Of a stretch of DNA of 64,000 bases, positions 32,165 through 44,297 are shown one piece after another. The stretch covers positions 106,020,001-106,084,000 of the forward strand of contig OX597818.1 in assembly GCA_951406725.2 (NCBI GenBank), given 5' to 3'. Position 1 is the first letter of the stretch; every line of letters begins with the position of its first letter. A program made the translations under genes and the position numbers. A model generated the notes under the pieces. The model ran no database searches. It was given only the letters and a program-made list of their open reading frames with translations, and had not been told where the DNA came from. This stretch comes from Octopus vulgaris (lineage: Eukaryota).

Positions 32165-33344
32165 ATGTATATACATATGTATATATGTGCATTTACATAT
32201 GTATATGTGTATATATATGTATGTGTGTATATATATACATGTGTGTATATATGTGCGTGTATATACACACACACACACGTACATGTATGTCTACATGTGT
32301 ATATACATGCACGTGTGTATGTATATATAGTGCGTATGTCTGAATATTTACCTTCATGACTTAAAAACATTGAAATTTGTTGGTGATTTCCTGTCAACAA
32401 ATCATTTGCTTGCGCTGCAATTTTGATGACATCGCTTAACAAAATCTTTTCCTTGGAAAATACCTGAGTGTTAGAAGCTGGAAGGGTATCTAGCCCTAAA
32501 GAAAAAGAACAGTTTCTCAATAAACTGTGCATGCATTTAATGCATACTAGCATGGAAATAGAGACCTAAAGCAAAGAATGTGAGTGTACTTACCATCTGG
32601 AGATTAACAACAATTATTCAAAGTCCTCAGTGCTAGAGATGTCAAGTAGAGTATAGTACAAAATTTAGATGTATTCAAGATTTCTTGTAGAGATAATCCT
32701 ATTTTGCAGATCAGATTTGTTGCTGTTGAGAGGGCGAAGAAGTTACCTCCATCAGTTTTATTGAATAAATCTGCATCTTGTATATATGTAAATGGGCGTA
32801 TGTTTGTGTGTTCCTGTGTATATATATACATGTGTATATAAAACGAATTATGAACAAGTTGTAATAGAAGAAAGCCTCAGTTGCAAATACATGAATTCAC
32901 ATTTACTCTCTCTGTTTTATATGTATCACATGTAATCTTGTGAAATGGTGGGTAAGGTTATATGTGCATATATGAAGTCCCACAATGAACATATTCACTT
33001 ACTGATGCAGTTATTCTTAATAGATAGAGCTGGTAACTTATAAATAAATCATTGAATTATTGAACTGTGTCTTAAAAACAACAATTCGCTCTGTGACATT
33101 TTTTTTTATGAGCTTTAATTTATGATATTATAATTGATTATTGTTGTAGGTAGGTAATTTTATACAATGTTAACATCGCCATTTGAATCAATAGTCAATC
33201 TGAGTATTTTATGTGTATGTGTGGGAGGGTGCATATCTATGTGTGCATGTATACATACATGAAGTAAATACCCCCCTCCCAAAGTTACATATTCAAATGT
33301 ATTGTATAAATTCTCTCTCTCCACACACATATAATTATTATTAA

Positions 33345-36100
33345 GGTGCTGAGTTCAAATTCCACCAAGGTCAGCTTTGCTTTCCATATCTTTTGGGGTT
33401 GATAACATAAGTTCCTTTTGCCCTGTGGTCAATTTAATCACCTTACCTAAAATTGCTGGCCTTGAGCCAAAATTTGAAACCATTACTATTACTACTACAA
33501 TAAGGAAGGCAGCAAGCTGGCAGAACCATTAGCAAGCCAGGCAAAATGTTAGCATTTCAAACCTTCTTGGGTTCAAATTATGTCGAGGTTGACTTTGCTT
33601 TTCATCCTTTTGGTGTCGATAAACTAAGGACCAGTCAATGTACTCAACTAGTTCCTTCCCTCTTTCCCCACAAATTTCAGGCCTTGTGCCTATTATAGAA
33701 AGGAATATTATTTCTATAAGGGTGATGGATTAGCAGAAACCTTAAATCTTCGGACAAAATGCTTTCTGATCTTTGTTCTGGCTCTTTACATTCTTAGCTC
33801 TAATTCTGCTGAGAGTAACTTTATGCTCATCTTTCTGGAGTCAGTTTAATTAACTAACCCTCTTCTCCACAAATTTGTGGTTTTGTGCCTATATTTTAAA
33901 CAAAAAGTGTGGTAGATTAGCTGACTAGCTAAAGCATTGGACGAAATGTGTTTTGATATTTATTCTGGTTCTTTATGTTCTAAATTCAGATCATGCCTAG
34001 GTTAATTTAGTCTTTCATCCTCCAGGGTTGATAAAATACAGTACTAAGCCATACCCTTCACAATTGCAGGTCTTGTTTTTGTTATTACCTTTACTACAAT
34101 ATTGAAATTGACTGCTTTTCTAACTGGTAAGTTTCTATTAAGGTGTGCTTCTCAAGCAAGAAACTCAAAGTAATGGAAAAGTAATACTTGTCTGTATTTG
34201 CTGCCAAAGTTAAAAAGCAATCTATCTATATACACATATCTTTGTATATGTGTATGCACACATAAAATGAGCTAAGGGAAAAGATCTCAAATGCACCTAG
34301 TATCATTCACTTCTGTAATGAAGTTAATGGGAGATATATCTAATGTTGTAAACAAAAAAGCCTCAGTTAGGAAAAGAAAACAAAACATAACAGCAAGTCT
34401 GAAAAGTGAGGGGAGATAGCTTATATGGTGTGAGAAAGAAAAAAAAGTCTGATCTTGTGCACAAGCAAAGACAACTCAGACATACTTCTGTCTTTTAGAC
34501 TTCATCAGCACTAGTCTTAATAATAGGGTTTTTTTCTGTTTGTTTTTTTGCTTCCTCTCTTATATACTCTACAAATTGAATCTTTTATCATGCTGTGTTT
34601 ATTACTTTTTAGCTGAACAATGGATTGGCAGAATCATGGCTTTTGATATTCTCTGTTGAAATCCAACCAAAGCCAGTTACATCTTTGATCCCTCTGAAGC
34701 TGATAAATTTCTGAGGTTGTTATAATCTATTATCTACTTCCAATTTGCTGGCCTTGTTCCTAAATTAGAAGCAATTATTATTCTTTAGCTGGGTGGTGAA
34801 TTGGCACAATCATTGAAGTGTGAAACAAAATGACTTGTGGTATTTGTTTTGTCTTTGTCCTCAGTTCAAATTCTACCATGATCAACTTTACCTTTCATCC
34901 CTCTGGGGTTAAGCTGATAAAATATAATACCAGTCAAGTACTGGGATAAATCTAATCAACTACTCCAGATCTCTGAGCTTGTAACTATGTTAGAATCAAT
35001 TATTACTCATTAGTTGTGTGTAGAGACAAAATTACTAATTGGATATATTAATAAGGCAATGGGTTTTCAATCTTAGCTCTGTTCTGTTGTGTGTGTATAA
35101 TTCTTTCAATGTTTCTCTTTCCTAGCAGTACATTCAAATTTAATTCTATGTGCCTCAATTCTTTTAAATATATTACTGATAGTGAGGAATGGAAGCTAGG
35201 TATACCAGAACTTGTGAAGTCATAGCATTTAAAATATAAAATGGTTTTGTAATTCTAACTCACTACATAAATGGCTGACTATAAACTCTGGCCTTAGATA
35301 ACCTACATTGGATCCTAGGTCTTTAAAAAATATTCACCTTAGTTGTTCTTCCCTTTTCATTTGTTTATGAATATTTCTTGTATATTTTTTTAAAGGTAGT
35401 GAGCTAGCAGAATCATTAGCATGCCAGGCAAAACGTCTCACAGCATTTTGTCTGTTTTTACATTCTGAGTTCAAATTCTGCCATGGTCGACTTTGCCTTT
35501 CATCCTTTCAGGGTTGATGAAATAAGTACCAGTTAAGCACTGGGGTTGATGTAATTGACTTACCCCTCCCCTGAAATTGCTGGCCTTGTGCCAAAATTTG
35601 AAACCAATATTTCTTGTATATTTTAAAATCTCTTACTCTTGGCCAATGGTTCGGTTTTGTTGTGACTTGTGTTTTGTTCCTGACTCAACTGATTTGAGGA
35701 GGGACCCATATGTGCCTTCTCAACATCATATTCAATCTAATTCCTTTTCAGCTTATTTTGTTTTTTAATGTATGTTGGCTACCTTGCTCATTAATTTCTT
35801 TATTTTTCATCCTCAACTCCTTCAAATGACCTTATTTTAGTTTACTTGTTGTTATATTATTATTATTATAAAAATGGCGGTGGGCTGGAAGAATCATTGG
35901 AGTGTCAGAAAAAAAATTGCCTTGTAGAATTTCTTTCTTGCCCTTTACATTCTGAGTTCAAATCCTGCTGAAGTTAATTTTGCCTTGTATCCTTCTGGGG
36001 TCAATAGAATAAAGTACCAGTCAAGTACTTGGGTCAATGTAATCAACTAACCCTGTCTCTCTTCAAAGTTGCTGACCTTGTTCCTAATTCAGAAACAATT
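33345..36100 (+). mobile_element. Cluster of about 8 co-oriented Nin-domain tRNA-SINEs
   Basis: Recurrent GGCAGAATC..GAGTTCAAAT..CTTTCATCCT..GGGGTCGATAAAA-AAGTACCAG..ATTGCTGGCCTTGTGCC at ~33345, 33506, 33720, 33908, 34613, 34790, 35395, 35876. The 35395 copy has a 19-bp TSD (AATATTTCTTGTATATTTT). Confidence 0.85.
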
Positions 36101-36258
36101 ATTACTACAGTTTTTTTTTGTTCATCAACTAAAAACAAAAAAAAAAAGCTGAAAATAACATAATTGTTTTTTTTCTTTTATTGCTGTGCAAATAACATTA
36201 AAAAATATTCTTGACTAACTTTGCTAAATATTTTGATATTTTGCCTGCACTATATATA

Positions 36259-36317
<59 letters not shown>

Positions 36318-36545
36318 GAGAATATCTAAAGTTTCTAGCATTTTTTCATTGAAGCTGAAATCTGATCCTGTAAACTTGGCATACATGCATGAGCACAAAC
36401 ACACTCAAACACATACACTCTCTCACACATTCATCAAACCATGGTCTCTATTTTTTCTTTTTTTAGGTTTCTTTTTCTCAGGCTGTCTTCTGTAAAGTTG
36501 TATGTCATACAATAGGAAAATTTAGAAAATATTTCATACCTTACA

Positions 36546-36583
<38 letters not shown>

Positions 36584-36746
36584 ACTATGTGTATGTGTAT
36601 ATACACACACATATATACATAAACATACACATACATATATGGTAGCATAGCTTGCATGAAGTGGTGTCTGATACATTTGAATGTTTATGATTTTTTTTTT
36701 TATAAAGCCGAAACATTGCAAGTCACTGGAAAATTTTACAGATCTG

Positions 36747-36973
36747 TGGTTTGTACTTTTACTTTATATTTCAATATTTGAGAGTTAGAACCCCTTTAGA
36801 AAATCTTCTGAGAAAACATGTAGGCTGAGTTTTCTGTTCAATAGCATAAATACTGTGTGCCCAAAGCAGTTAAGGTTGTGAGAAGTCAGCTCACAACACC
36901 ATGCCTCTGGAGATTTCTTGTTGAAAGGGTTCTAACTGTGAAATATTGAAATACGAGGAGAAAGTACAAACCA
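36747..36973. repeat. ~230-bp imperfect inverted repeat (foldback/MITE-like)
   Basis: TGGTTTGTACTTT..ATTTCAATATTT..AGTTAGAACCC pairs with GGGTTCTAACT..AAATATTGAAAT..AAAGTACAAACCA. Confidence 0.8.
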
Positions 36974-37239
36974 TCAACTTCTAGTATTTCTTATTGCATT
37001 GGCTTTATAAAATAATAAATTGAGAGAAAACACACACACATGCATATATATATAAATAAATATATATGTGTGTGTGTCTGTATATTTCTATGTGGATAAT
37101 TATATGCTATATATATATATATATATATATGTATACATATGTGTTTTTGTGAGTGAATATACATATATAATGTTTGTGTAATACATATATATATGCATGT
37201 ATATGTGTAATGTATATTATATGCATGTATATATGTGAG

Positions 37240-37291
<52 letters not shown>

Positions 37292-37330
37292 TCTATATTT
37301 ATACATGCATACATAATGCTTGCATATAAA

Positions 37331-37361
<31 letters not shown>

Positions 37362-37395
37362 TTAAATATTAGGTTTGGAGGTGATGTACAGATGT

Positions 37396-37731
37396 TATAT
37401 ATTAGAAAAAATAATGTACTCAGAGATCTGGATAGTTGTACGTATACAAATATTTATTAACAGGTCACGTGTTTTTACAAATCACATATAAGCGCTTTCA
37501 TCTACTCTAATAGATTCTTGAGATTTAATTTTCGTGAAAGGATTTGTCTCTTTTTATAGTATTAGTGAATGATTAATACTATAAAAAGAGGCAAATCCCT
37601 TCACAAAATTTAAGTCTGAAGAATCTATTAGAGTAGATGAAAGTGCTTATATGTGATTTGTAAAGACATGTGACATGTTAATATTTGTATATGTACAACC
37701 ATCCAGATCTCTGAGTACCTTATTTTTTCTA

Positions 37732-37738
<7 letters not shown>
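37396..37738. repeat. ~340-bp near-perfect palindrome (arms ~165 bp, ~7-nt loop)
   Basis: Arm-by-arm comparison; centre at ~37569. Confidence 0.95.
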
Positions 37739-37775
<37 letters not shown>

Positions 37776-37928
37776 ATATAAAATGTCTCTATATTCATAC
37801 ATGTACATGTATACATAATGCTTGCATATATAATGTGTGTATGCATATATAGATAGATAGATACACACAAAAGTACATATATATATATATATTTAAATCC
37901 TCTCTGCCAAATAAATTGCTAGTTAAGT

Positions 37929-38160
37929 TATTGATTTTGTCAGGGTTAGTATTAGCCTTGATCAATCAGATCTTTGATTTATGCTCAAAGGCATTCCAGC
38001 GATGACCATCTCATTTCATTCTTTTCCACTGATACAATGTATCCAAGGCTACAATATCCAATGTATCCTTTCTTATTTAAGAAGGTAGTGTGTGATTTGA
38101 GGGAGAATTGTCTGCTATTTCTATTTGGTTGTGACTTCCTATAGGTTTCCCCTCTGGCTC
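37929..38160. mobile_element. ~230-bp SINE-like insertion with 14-bp target-site duplication
   Basis: ATTGCTAGTTAAGT at 37915-37928 and 38161-38174. Confidence 0.7.
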
Positions 38161-40030
38161 ATTGCTAGTTAAGTAGTAATGAGTAGTAGTAGTTTTAGTA
38201 GTTGTTGTAATATAGAGCCAGTATAGCAAACAGTTGTATTTAATACTAGAGATAGAACTACTAGTTTAAATTATTATTGGAACTGTCTATTTTGTCACCA
38301 AAGAATTGGCCTTTGGAGATACCCTTGCACCAAATTTCTGACAGTAACGTCCATTAACTCTCTTCAAGCCACCCTTTAATAGCAGTTAAGCAGCATAGCT
38401 GGGTGAAGTGAGTAAATTTTTTTCCTGTCAGAATCTAAAGAAGAGTTTGCAAATGAGAGGAGATCAACTCTACTAATGGGCATTGGCAGTGAATATATTA
38501 CTGCATTTTAGTTTTATATACCCTCTCACTCTCTCTTGGCTTTTTAGTTTAATATTATGTACCAATGCTATATACAGTGGTCAGTTCAAATCCCCTTTAC
38601 CCTTTCCTGCTACAAGCGAAGGAAAAAATTATTGGCCATATGCCAGCCTAGTCACAAAAAAAAAAAAAAAAGGAAATTTTACCAAGATATATCCAATGGC
38701 CATTGAGAATCTGTGTTATTTATTTTTTATTTTATTTATATCTTGTATTTATGAATATTGTTGTTGTTATAGCATTCTAACCAATCTTCTCTGGTTCACT
38801 TACAGATGAATAATTCTTGCAGTACCAGTGTTAAGGTATAGCTCCCTACCACTGCATTGCCTCCATAATTGTGCGTGTATATAAATAATAATAATGTATT
38901 AGTTTAATATTTCAACTTACCAACAGCACTTGTCCAACACATTGCAAATATAATGAAATATAAAATACAAGACTTATCCAGTTCTGTTTTGTTTCATTGT
39001 TTTCTTTTTTACTTCATTTTTCTCTATATATCCTTGAAATTATTAACAAATTCATTAGTTTCTTATAACTATATATTATATTACATATTTATTTAATTTA
39101 TCTCAACAAGGAAAATTAAATGTTATATATATAAAAAAAATCAACAACTGTATAAAATAAACATATTCCTCTGAAAGAAGATGGTTGTGTACATGCCTAT
39201 TTATCTAACAGACATTTAATACAAATATTTATTTGTGGGGACACACATACAAACATGTTAAGCAAAAAACAAAGAAAATATGACTTTAAGCAAACTATTA
39301 CCCAAAGACTGAAATTGTTCCACAACAGCCTGATAGTTTTAAGGTCAGCACTTCACATAAATGCAAAAGCAATATTATATATAATATTCATATATAATAT
39401 TGGCTTGATCTCACTGCTGTGTGGAACTATTCTCCATTGAACAAACAATATAAAGAGTGTTTTTTTTCTGTATATTTTTGTTTGTTTTTGTTTTATGATT
39501 TAATTTATAAATGTTCAATCCATCAGTTCACTCATCACACTTTCTCAGGCTTAAAAAAAAAAGGTGGACCTGTGTTCATTCCATGCCTAATGGCTAAAAA
39601 AGAGAAGAAAATATGAATTGAAAAAAAGAATTAATAATTTGGTCAATAAGCCTTCTTCCACTTTTCTATTTTTTTTTTTTTTGTTAAGGTGCCATACACA
39701 CACACACAAAAAAAAAGAACTACAAAAAATACACACATCCAAGAGACTGCACCATTCATTCCTTAATTGGTTTTAGTATAAAGAAATCAATTAAGTAATC
39801 AAAGACAGTACTGTTTAGTTTTCCTTTGTTTTTATTTATCTTTTTTATTTTTTCTTGAACTCTGAAAGTATTAATGGAAGTAGCCAAAACAATTTAAGAT
39901 TTTATTTGCTGTCCATTAATATATTTTCAAAACATTGTTCATGTGGTTCATTGGATGTTTGTTCTGACAACCTCATATTTATATATACAACAAGTTAAAG
40001 TGGACTTTGTTATGTTTCGTGTGGAGTTTA

Positions 40031-40110
40031 AATAAATTATAATTTTTATGACTAAAAAAGAAAACTGTTTTGTCTTTTAAGTTAGTATTTTTTGGTTTTG
40101 GTTGTTTTTT
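40031..40110 (+). terminator. Candidate polyadenylation signal with U/GU-rich downstream element
   Basis: AATAAA at 40031, followed ~35 nt later by TGTTTTGTCTTTT..TTTTTGGTTTTGGTTGTTTTTTT. Confidence 0.5.
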
Positions 40111-40174
40111 TTAAAACTATTTTTACTGCCATTTTCTTCTTATGCTTGCCTTCTTTTACTATTTTTCTTGCTTC

Positions 40175-41096
40175 AGTCCATAGACAGTGACCATGTTGGA
40201 AGAGTATTGGCAGGGGTGTGCATTATTACGTCTCCTTTTCATAATTTTTATGAACTGTATTCACATACATAACTGTTGTGAAAGTGGTATCACAAGCCAT
40301 AAGTGTAGGATTGGTTGGCTGATATTTGCAGACAGCTTGGTGCTGGCTCAAGAGAGCTTCAGTATGCAATGAATGAGTCTGCTTCTGAGTGCTGCAAAGC
40401 AGAGTTGTGGATTATTAATATTGCAAATACTGAAATATTGGTCCTCTCAAGAAAGTCTTCCCAGTGCACTCCGCATGCTAGAGGAACATTACTTATACAA
40501 ATAGAGAAGTCTAAGTATCTCAGGGCTATATTCATGAGTAATATGAGGCTGGAGGCTGAATTAGATGCTAGAAATGCAGGTGCTGGCACACTAATGTACC
40601 AATTCAAGCTTTTGGTCCACAGAAGAGAGGTTGGTGAAAAAAAAAAAAAAAAGCCAAACTCACTATCTTCAATTTGGTTTCCATACTTATCCTCACCTAT
40701 GGTCATGAATGTTGGGTGATGACCAAAAGTGTATGACTATGAATACAAACAAGCAAAATGGGATTCCTCTGATGTTATATTACTTAACAGGATGCATAGC
40801 TGGATCAGAGAGTCTCCAGGTAATTAGAAGGTAACAGCTATAGTATTATGAATGTGATTAGAATGTCACAGGAAAGAATTGCACAATGGATCTGCCAAGC
40901 CATGCCGACCAGAAGGAGACTTAGGGGAGGACCAAGAACAAAATGATTGGATAATATATCTCAAGTGTCATGCTCATGAACTCAGCCAGAAAATTTAATG
41001 ATCTTTGCTTCTGGCATTACCCTATGGAGGAGGTGCCTGAGCACTCTATCACCATAACCCGTCCAGGAATAGTGGACAGAGAAGAGGGATTGATGT
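40175..41096 (+). mobile_element. Degenerate RTE-clade (Rex3/Expander-like) LINE RT fragment
   Basis: QGCAL..LLFIIFM..LIFADSLVL..KYL..E.ELDAR; frameshifted. Confidence 0.75.
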
Positions 41097-41251
41097 TTCT
41101 TTTTAACCCTGAGTCATCAAAAGCATTCTTGTTATGACCAGTCTGTTTCTGTATATATGTTCTTTTACTGGTTTAAGTTGTGTGTATATATGTGTGCATG
41201 CATATATATATATATATGCATACACATGTGTGTGTGTATATATGCACATTC

Positions 41252-41630
41252 CATGGCAAATTAGCAAAGCTGTTAAAGCATCACATAGAAGACTTCATAA
41301 TATTTACTCTCTTTACACTCTGAGTTCAAATCCCACCACAGCCTATTTGGGTGGTATAATTGAATTCATTGTCCAGTTTAAGGACACCATCTGAGACCTT
41401 GGATACCTTTAGCAGAGTCCACTCAGCTGTAAGCATTAGAGCAAAGTCTCTAATTTCAGGATACCTCAATAGATTTACAAACAAAATAGTGGCTGTATTG
41501 GTAGAATTGGCTGAAGTGATAGCTTTTAGTTGCATGCCTTTACTCTGAGATCAAATCTCAGATATTAACTTTACCCTTCATTCTTCTAGAGTCAATAAAC
41601 TAGTACCAGTTACATACTGAGGTAAACCCC
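41252..41630 (+). mobile_element. Two degenerate Nin-type SINE fragments
   Basis: CTGAGTTCAAATCC at ~41320; GTAGAATT..CTGAGATCAAAT..AGTACCAG at 41500-41610. Confidence 0.5.
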
Positions 41631-41639
41631 ATCAATACT

Positions 41640-42027
41640 TGTGTGGTTAGAAGTTTGCTTCTCAGCCATATGTTTCCAGGTTCAGTCTCACTGTGCAGCT
41701 CCTAGGCAAATGTCTTCTACTATAGCCTCGGGCCAAACAGAATGTTGCAAGTAGGTTTGGTTGATAGAAACTGAAAAAGCCTGTTGTATATATGTTTTAT
41801 ATATATATATATATATATATCTATGTGCATCTGTGTTTGTCTCCCCCCCCCCCCACTGCTTGTCAACTGGTGTGTTTATGACCCCCATAACTTAGCCGTT
41901 TGGCAAAAGAGACTGACGGAATAAGTACCCAGCTTCAAAAAATATAAGCACTGGATCGACTTGTTTGACTAAAAATTCTTCAAGTTTGTACTCCAGCATG
42001 GATGCAGTCTGATGACTGAAACAAGTA
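41640..42027 (+). mobile_element. tRNA-derived SINE (third family) with internal microsatellite and CR1-like tail
   Basis: Head GTGTGGTTAG..GGTTCAGTC..GGCAAATGTCTTCTACTATAGCCTCGGGCC; tail CTCCAGCATGG..GATGACTGAAACAAGTAA. Confidence 0.75.
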
Positions 42028-42479
42028 ACTATGTAGGAACAAGTGACTATGTAGGAAAATGATATTGCAAATATTTGAGCTAGCTGTGTGGACCCGTTAC
42101 ACAGCTGGTGATTTTGTCATAATTCAAATTTCACTGTAAACATTCTGTCAAGATTTTTAAACAATTTACCTCTTGTTTTGCTTGCTTCAAGATGAGTGCC
42201 TCTACCTCTTTCACAATTGAGTGGTTTCGTCATTAAGTGAATGTTTTAATGACTAAAATATTCATACTTAAAACTGTTTTTATTCTTTTATATAATTATT
42301 TAAAACAAAGATACAAGGTAAGTAAAACCAATAGGAACGGGCGTTGTGTGATTAAGGAGTTCACTTTGCACCCACAAGTTTTGGGTACATGACGTTCGTA
42401 AAGGGTTTCACATGAGTAATGGAGCGATGTCAGTATACATGCACGGTACACAGCAATAAAGGTCACGATTTGACAGCCA

Positions 42480-43430
42480 TCATGTATGTACAATATATAT
42501 ATAGACATACATATGCTTATATATGTATGTATGTAAGTATATATATATGTGTATGTATGTATATATACGTATGTGTATGCGTGTATGTATGTATATATAT
42601 GTATGTGTATGTATGTATGTATATATACGTATGTGTACGCGTGTATGTATGTATATACGTATATGTGTACGCGTGTATGTATATATATATACGTATATGT
42701 GTACGCGTGTATGTATATATATACGTATATGTGTACGTATGTATGTATGTATATGTGTACGTATGTATGTATATATATGTATATGTGTACGTATGTATGT
42801 ATATATATGTATATGTGTACGTATGTATGTATATATGTACATATGTATGTATATATATGTATATATGTACATATGTATGTATATATATGTATATGTGTAC
42901 GTATGTATATGTATATGTGTACGTATGTATGTATATATGTACATATGTATGTATATATGTACATATGTATGTATATATATGTACGTATGTATATATGTAT
43001 GTATATGTAAGTATATGTATATGCATGTATGTATGTATATGCATGTATATATATGTGTGTGTATGTATGGATGGATGGATACATGAATATATATGTGCAT
43101 GTATATATATATATATATATATGTGCGCATGCATGTATATATATGTGCGTATGCATGTATGTATGTATGTATATATGTGCATGTATATGTATGTATATAT
43201 ATATATGTGTGTATGTATGTATGCATATCTATGTGTATATGTATGTATGCATATCTATGTGTATATGTATGTATATATGTGTGTATGTATGTATATATGT
43301 GTGTATGTACGTATATATGTGTTTATGTATATATATATATGTTTGTATATATATGCGTCTATATATATGTGTGTGTATGTATATATGTATATTTATGTGT
43401 GTGTGTATATATATATATATATTGTATCAT
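42480..43430. repeat. TATG/TACG compound microsatellite
   Basis: Direct reading. Confidence 0.9.
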
Positions 43431-43467
43431 ATATAAATTAACTATTACTTAACTACTCTCTCACACC

Positions 43468-43515
43468 GTCTCCGATGAAGGGATACAATAAATATCCTGG
43501 AAACAGCTGTAAGAC
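43468..43515 (+). ncRNA. Minimal type I hammerhead ribozyme-like motif (Penelope type, degenerate)
   Basis: GTCT-CCGATGA-[AGGGATA..TATCCTG]-GAAAC-AGCT-GTA-AGAC: stem I, variant core (U4C), stem II, palindromic stem III. Confidence 0.7.
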
Positions 43516-43591
43516 CTATCTATAACTGTTCTAAAATCTACTCAACCTTGGTTTCTTATCTCATTACCAAAAAAAATTTTTATATTATATA

Positions 43592-43636
<45 letters not shown>

Positions 43637-44297
43637 GTAAATTTATATCTGTGTGTGTATATATATTTATATGTATATATATATATATATGTGTATGTAT
43701 ATATTTACACGCATATATACCATGAGAAAAGCACTGTTGAATTGTTATGTGAAATTTGGGAATTGAGGATGGAATCCACACTATGCCTGCATGAAGCCAC
43801 TACAAATACAATGTGGAGTAAAAAATTTATCTACTGTCCTGGAAAAAGTGTAACTGTAAAAATGCAGAATTATCGGAGTCATGGGCATTCAAAAAAGTAT
43901 GTATGTATAGGAATGTATGAATGAAGTCTTTAATGTTTAAGATTCAAATTATGGAAGTGCAATATTAATGCTTAGCAGTTTAAAACTGTGAGTAGTGAAA
44001 TGCAGAATTAGGTTGGCTGATTGTGAGAATCAAATATTGATCGCTTCGCAAAAATCTACAGGTGGTATGTGTTATTTCCCATGGATTGTTTAGATAAAAT
44101 ATTAGTAATATGTAGTTGATAGAAGGATCCACTGGAAGGGCTCTATTATCGATTTTTTTTTTCAACACGAGGTTTCCAGGCATGAATTCTACTCACGTGT
44201 CAAAGTATAAAAGTGATATTGTCTGCAAAAATTAGAAATAGGACACACAAAAATTCAATATTTAAAGTAATCAAACATAAACAGTGAGATAAATCCT

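Noticed and set aside
42020-42056. 18-bp direct repeat AACAAGT(A/G)ACTATGTAGG
   Set aside because: Local duplication at a SINE tail; no further significance evident
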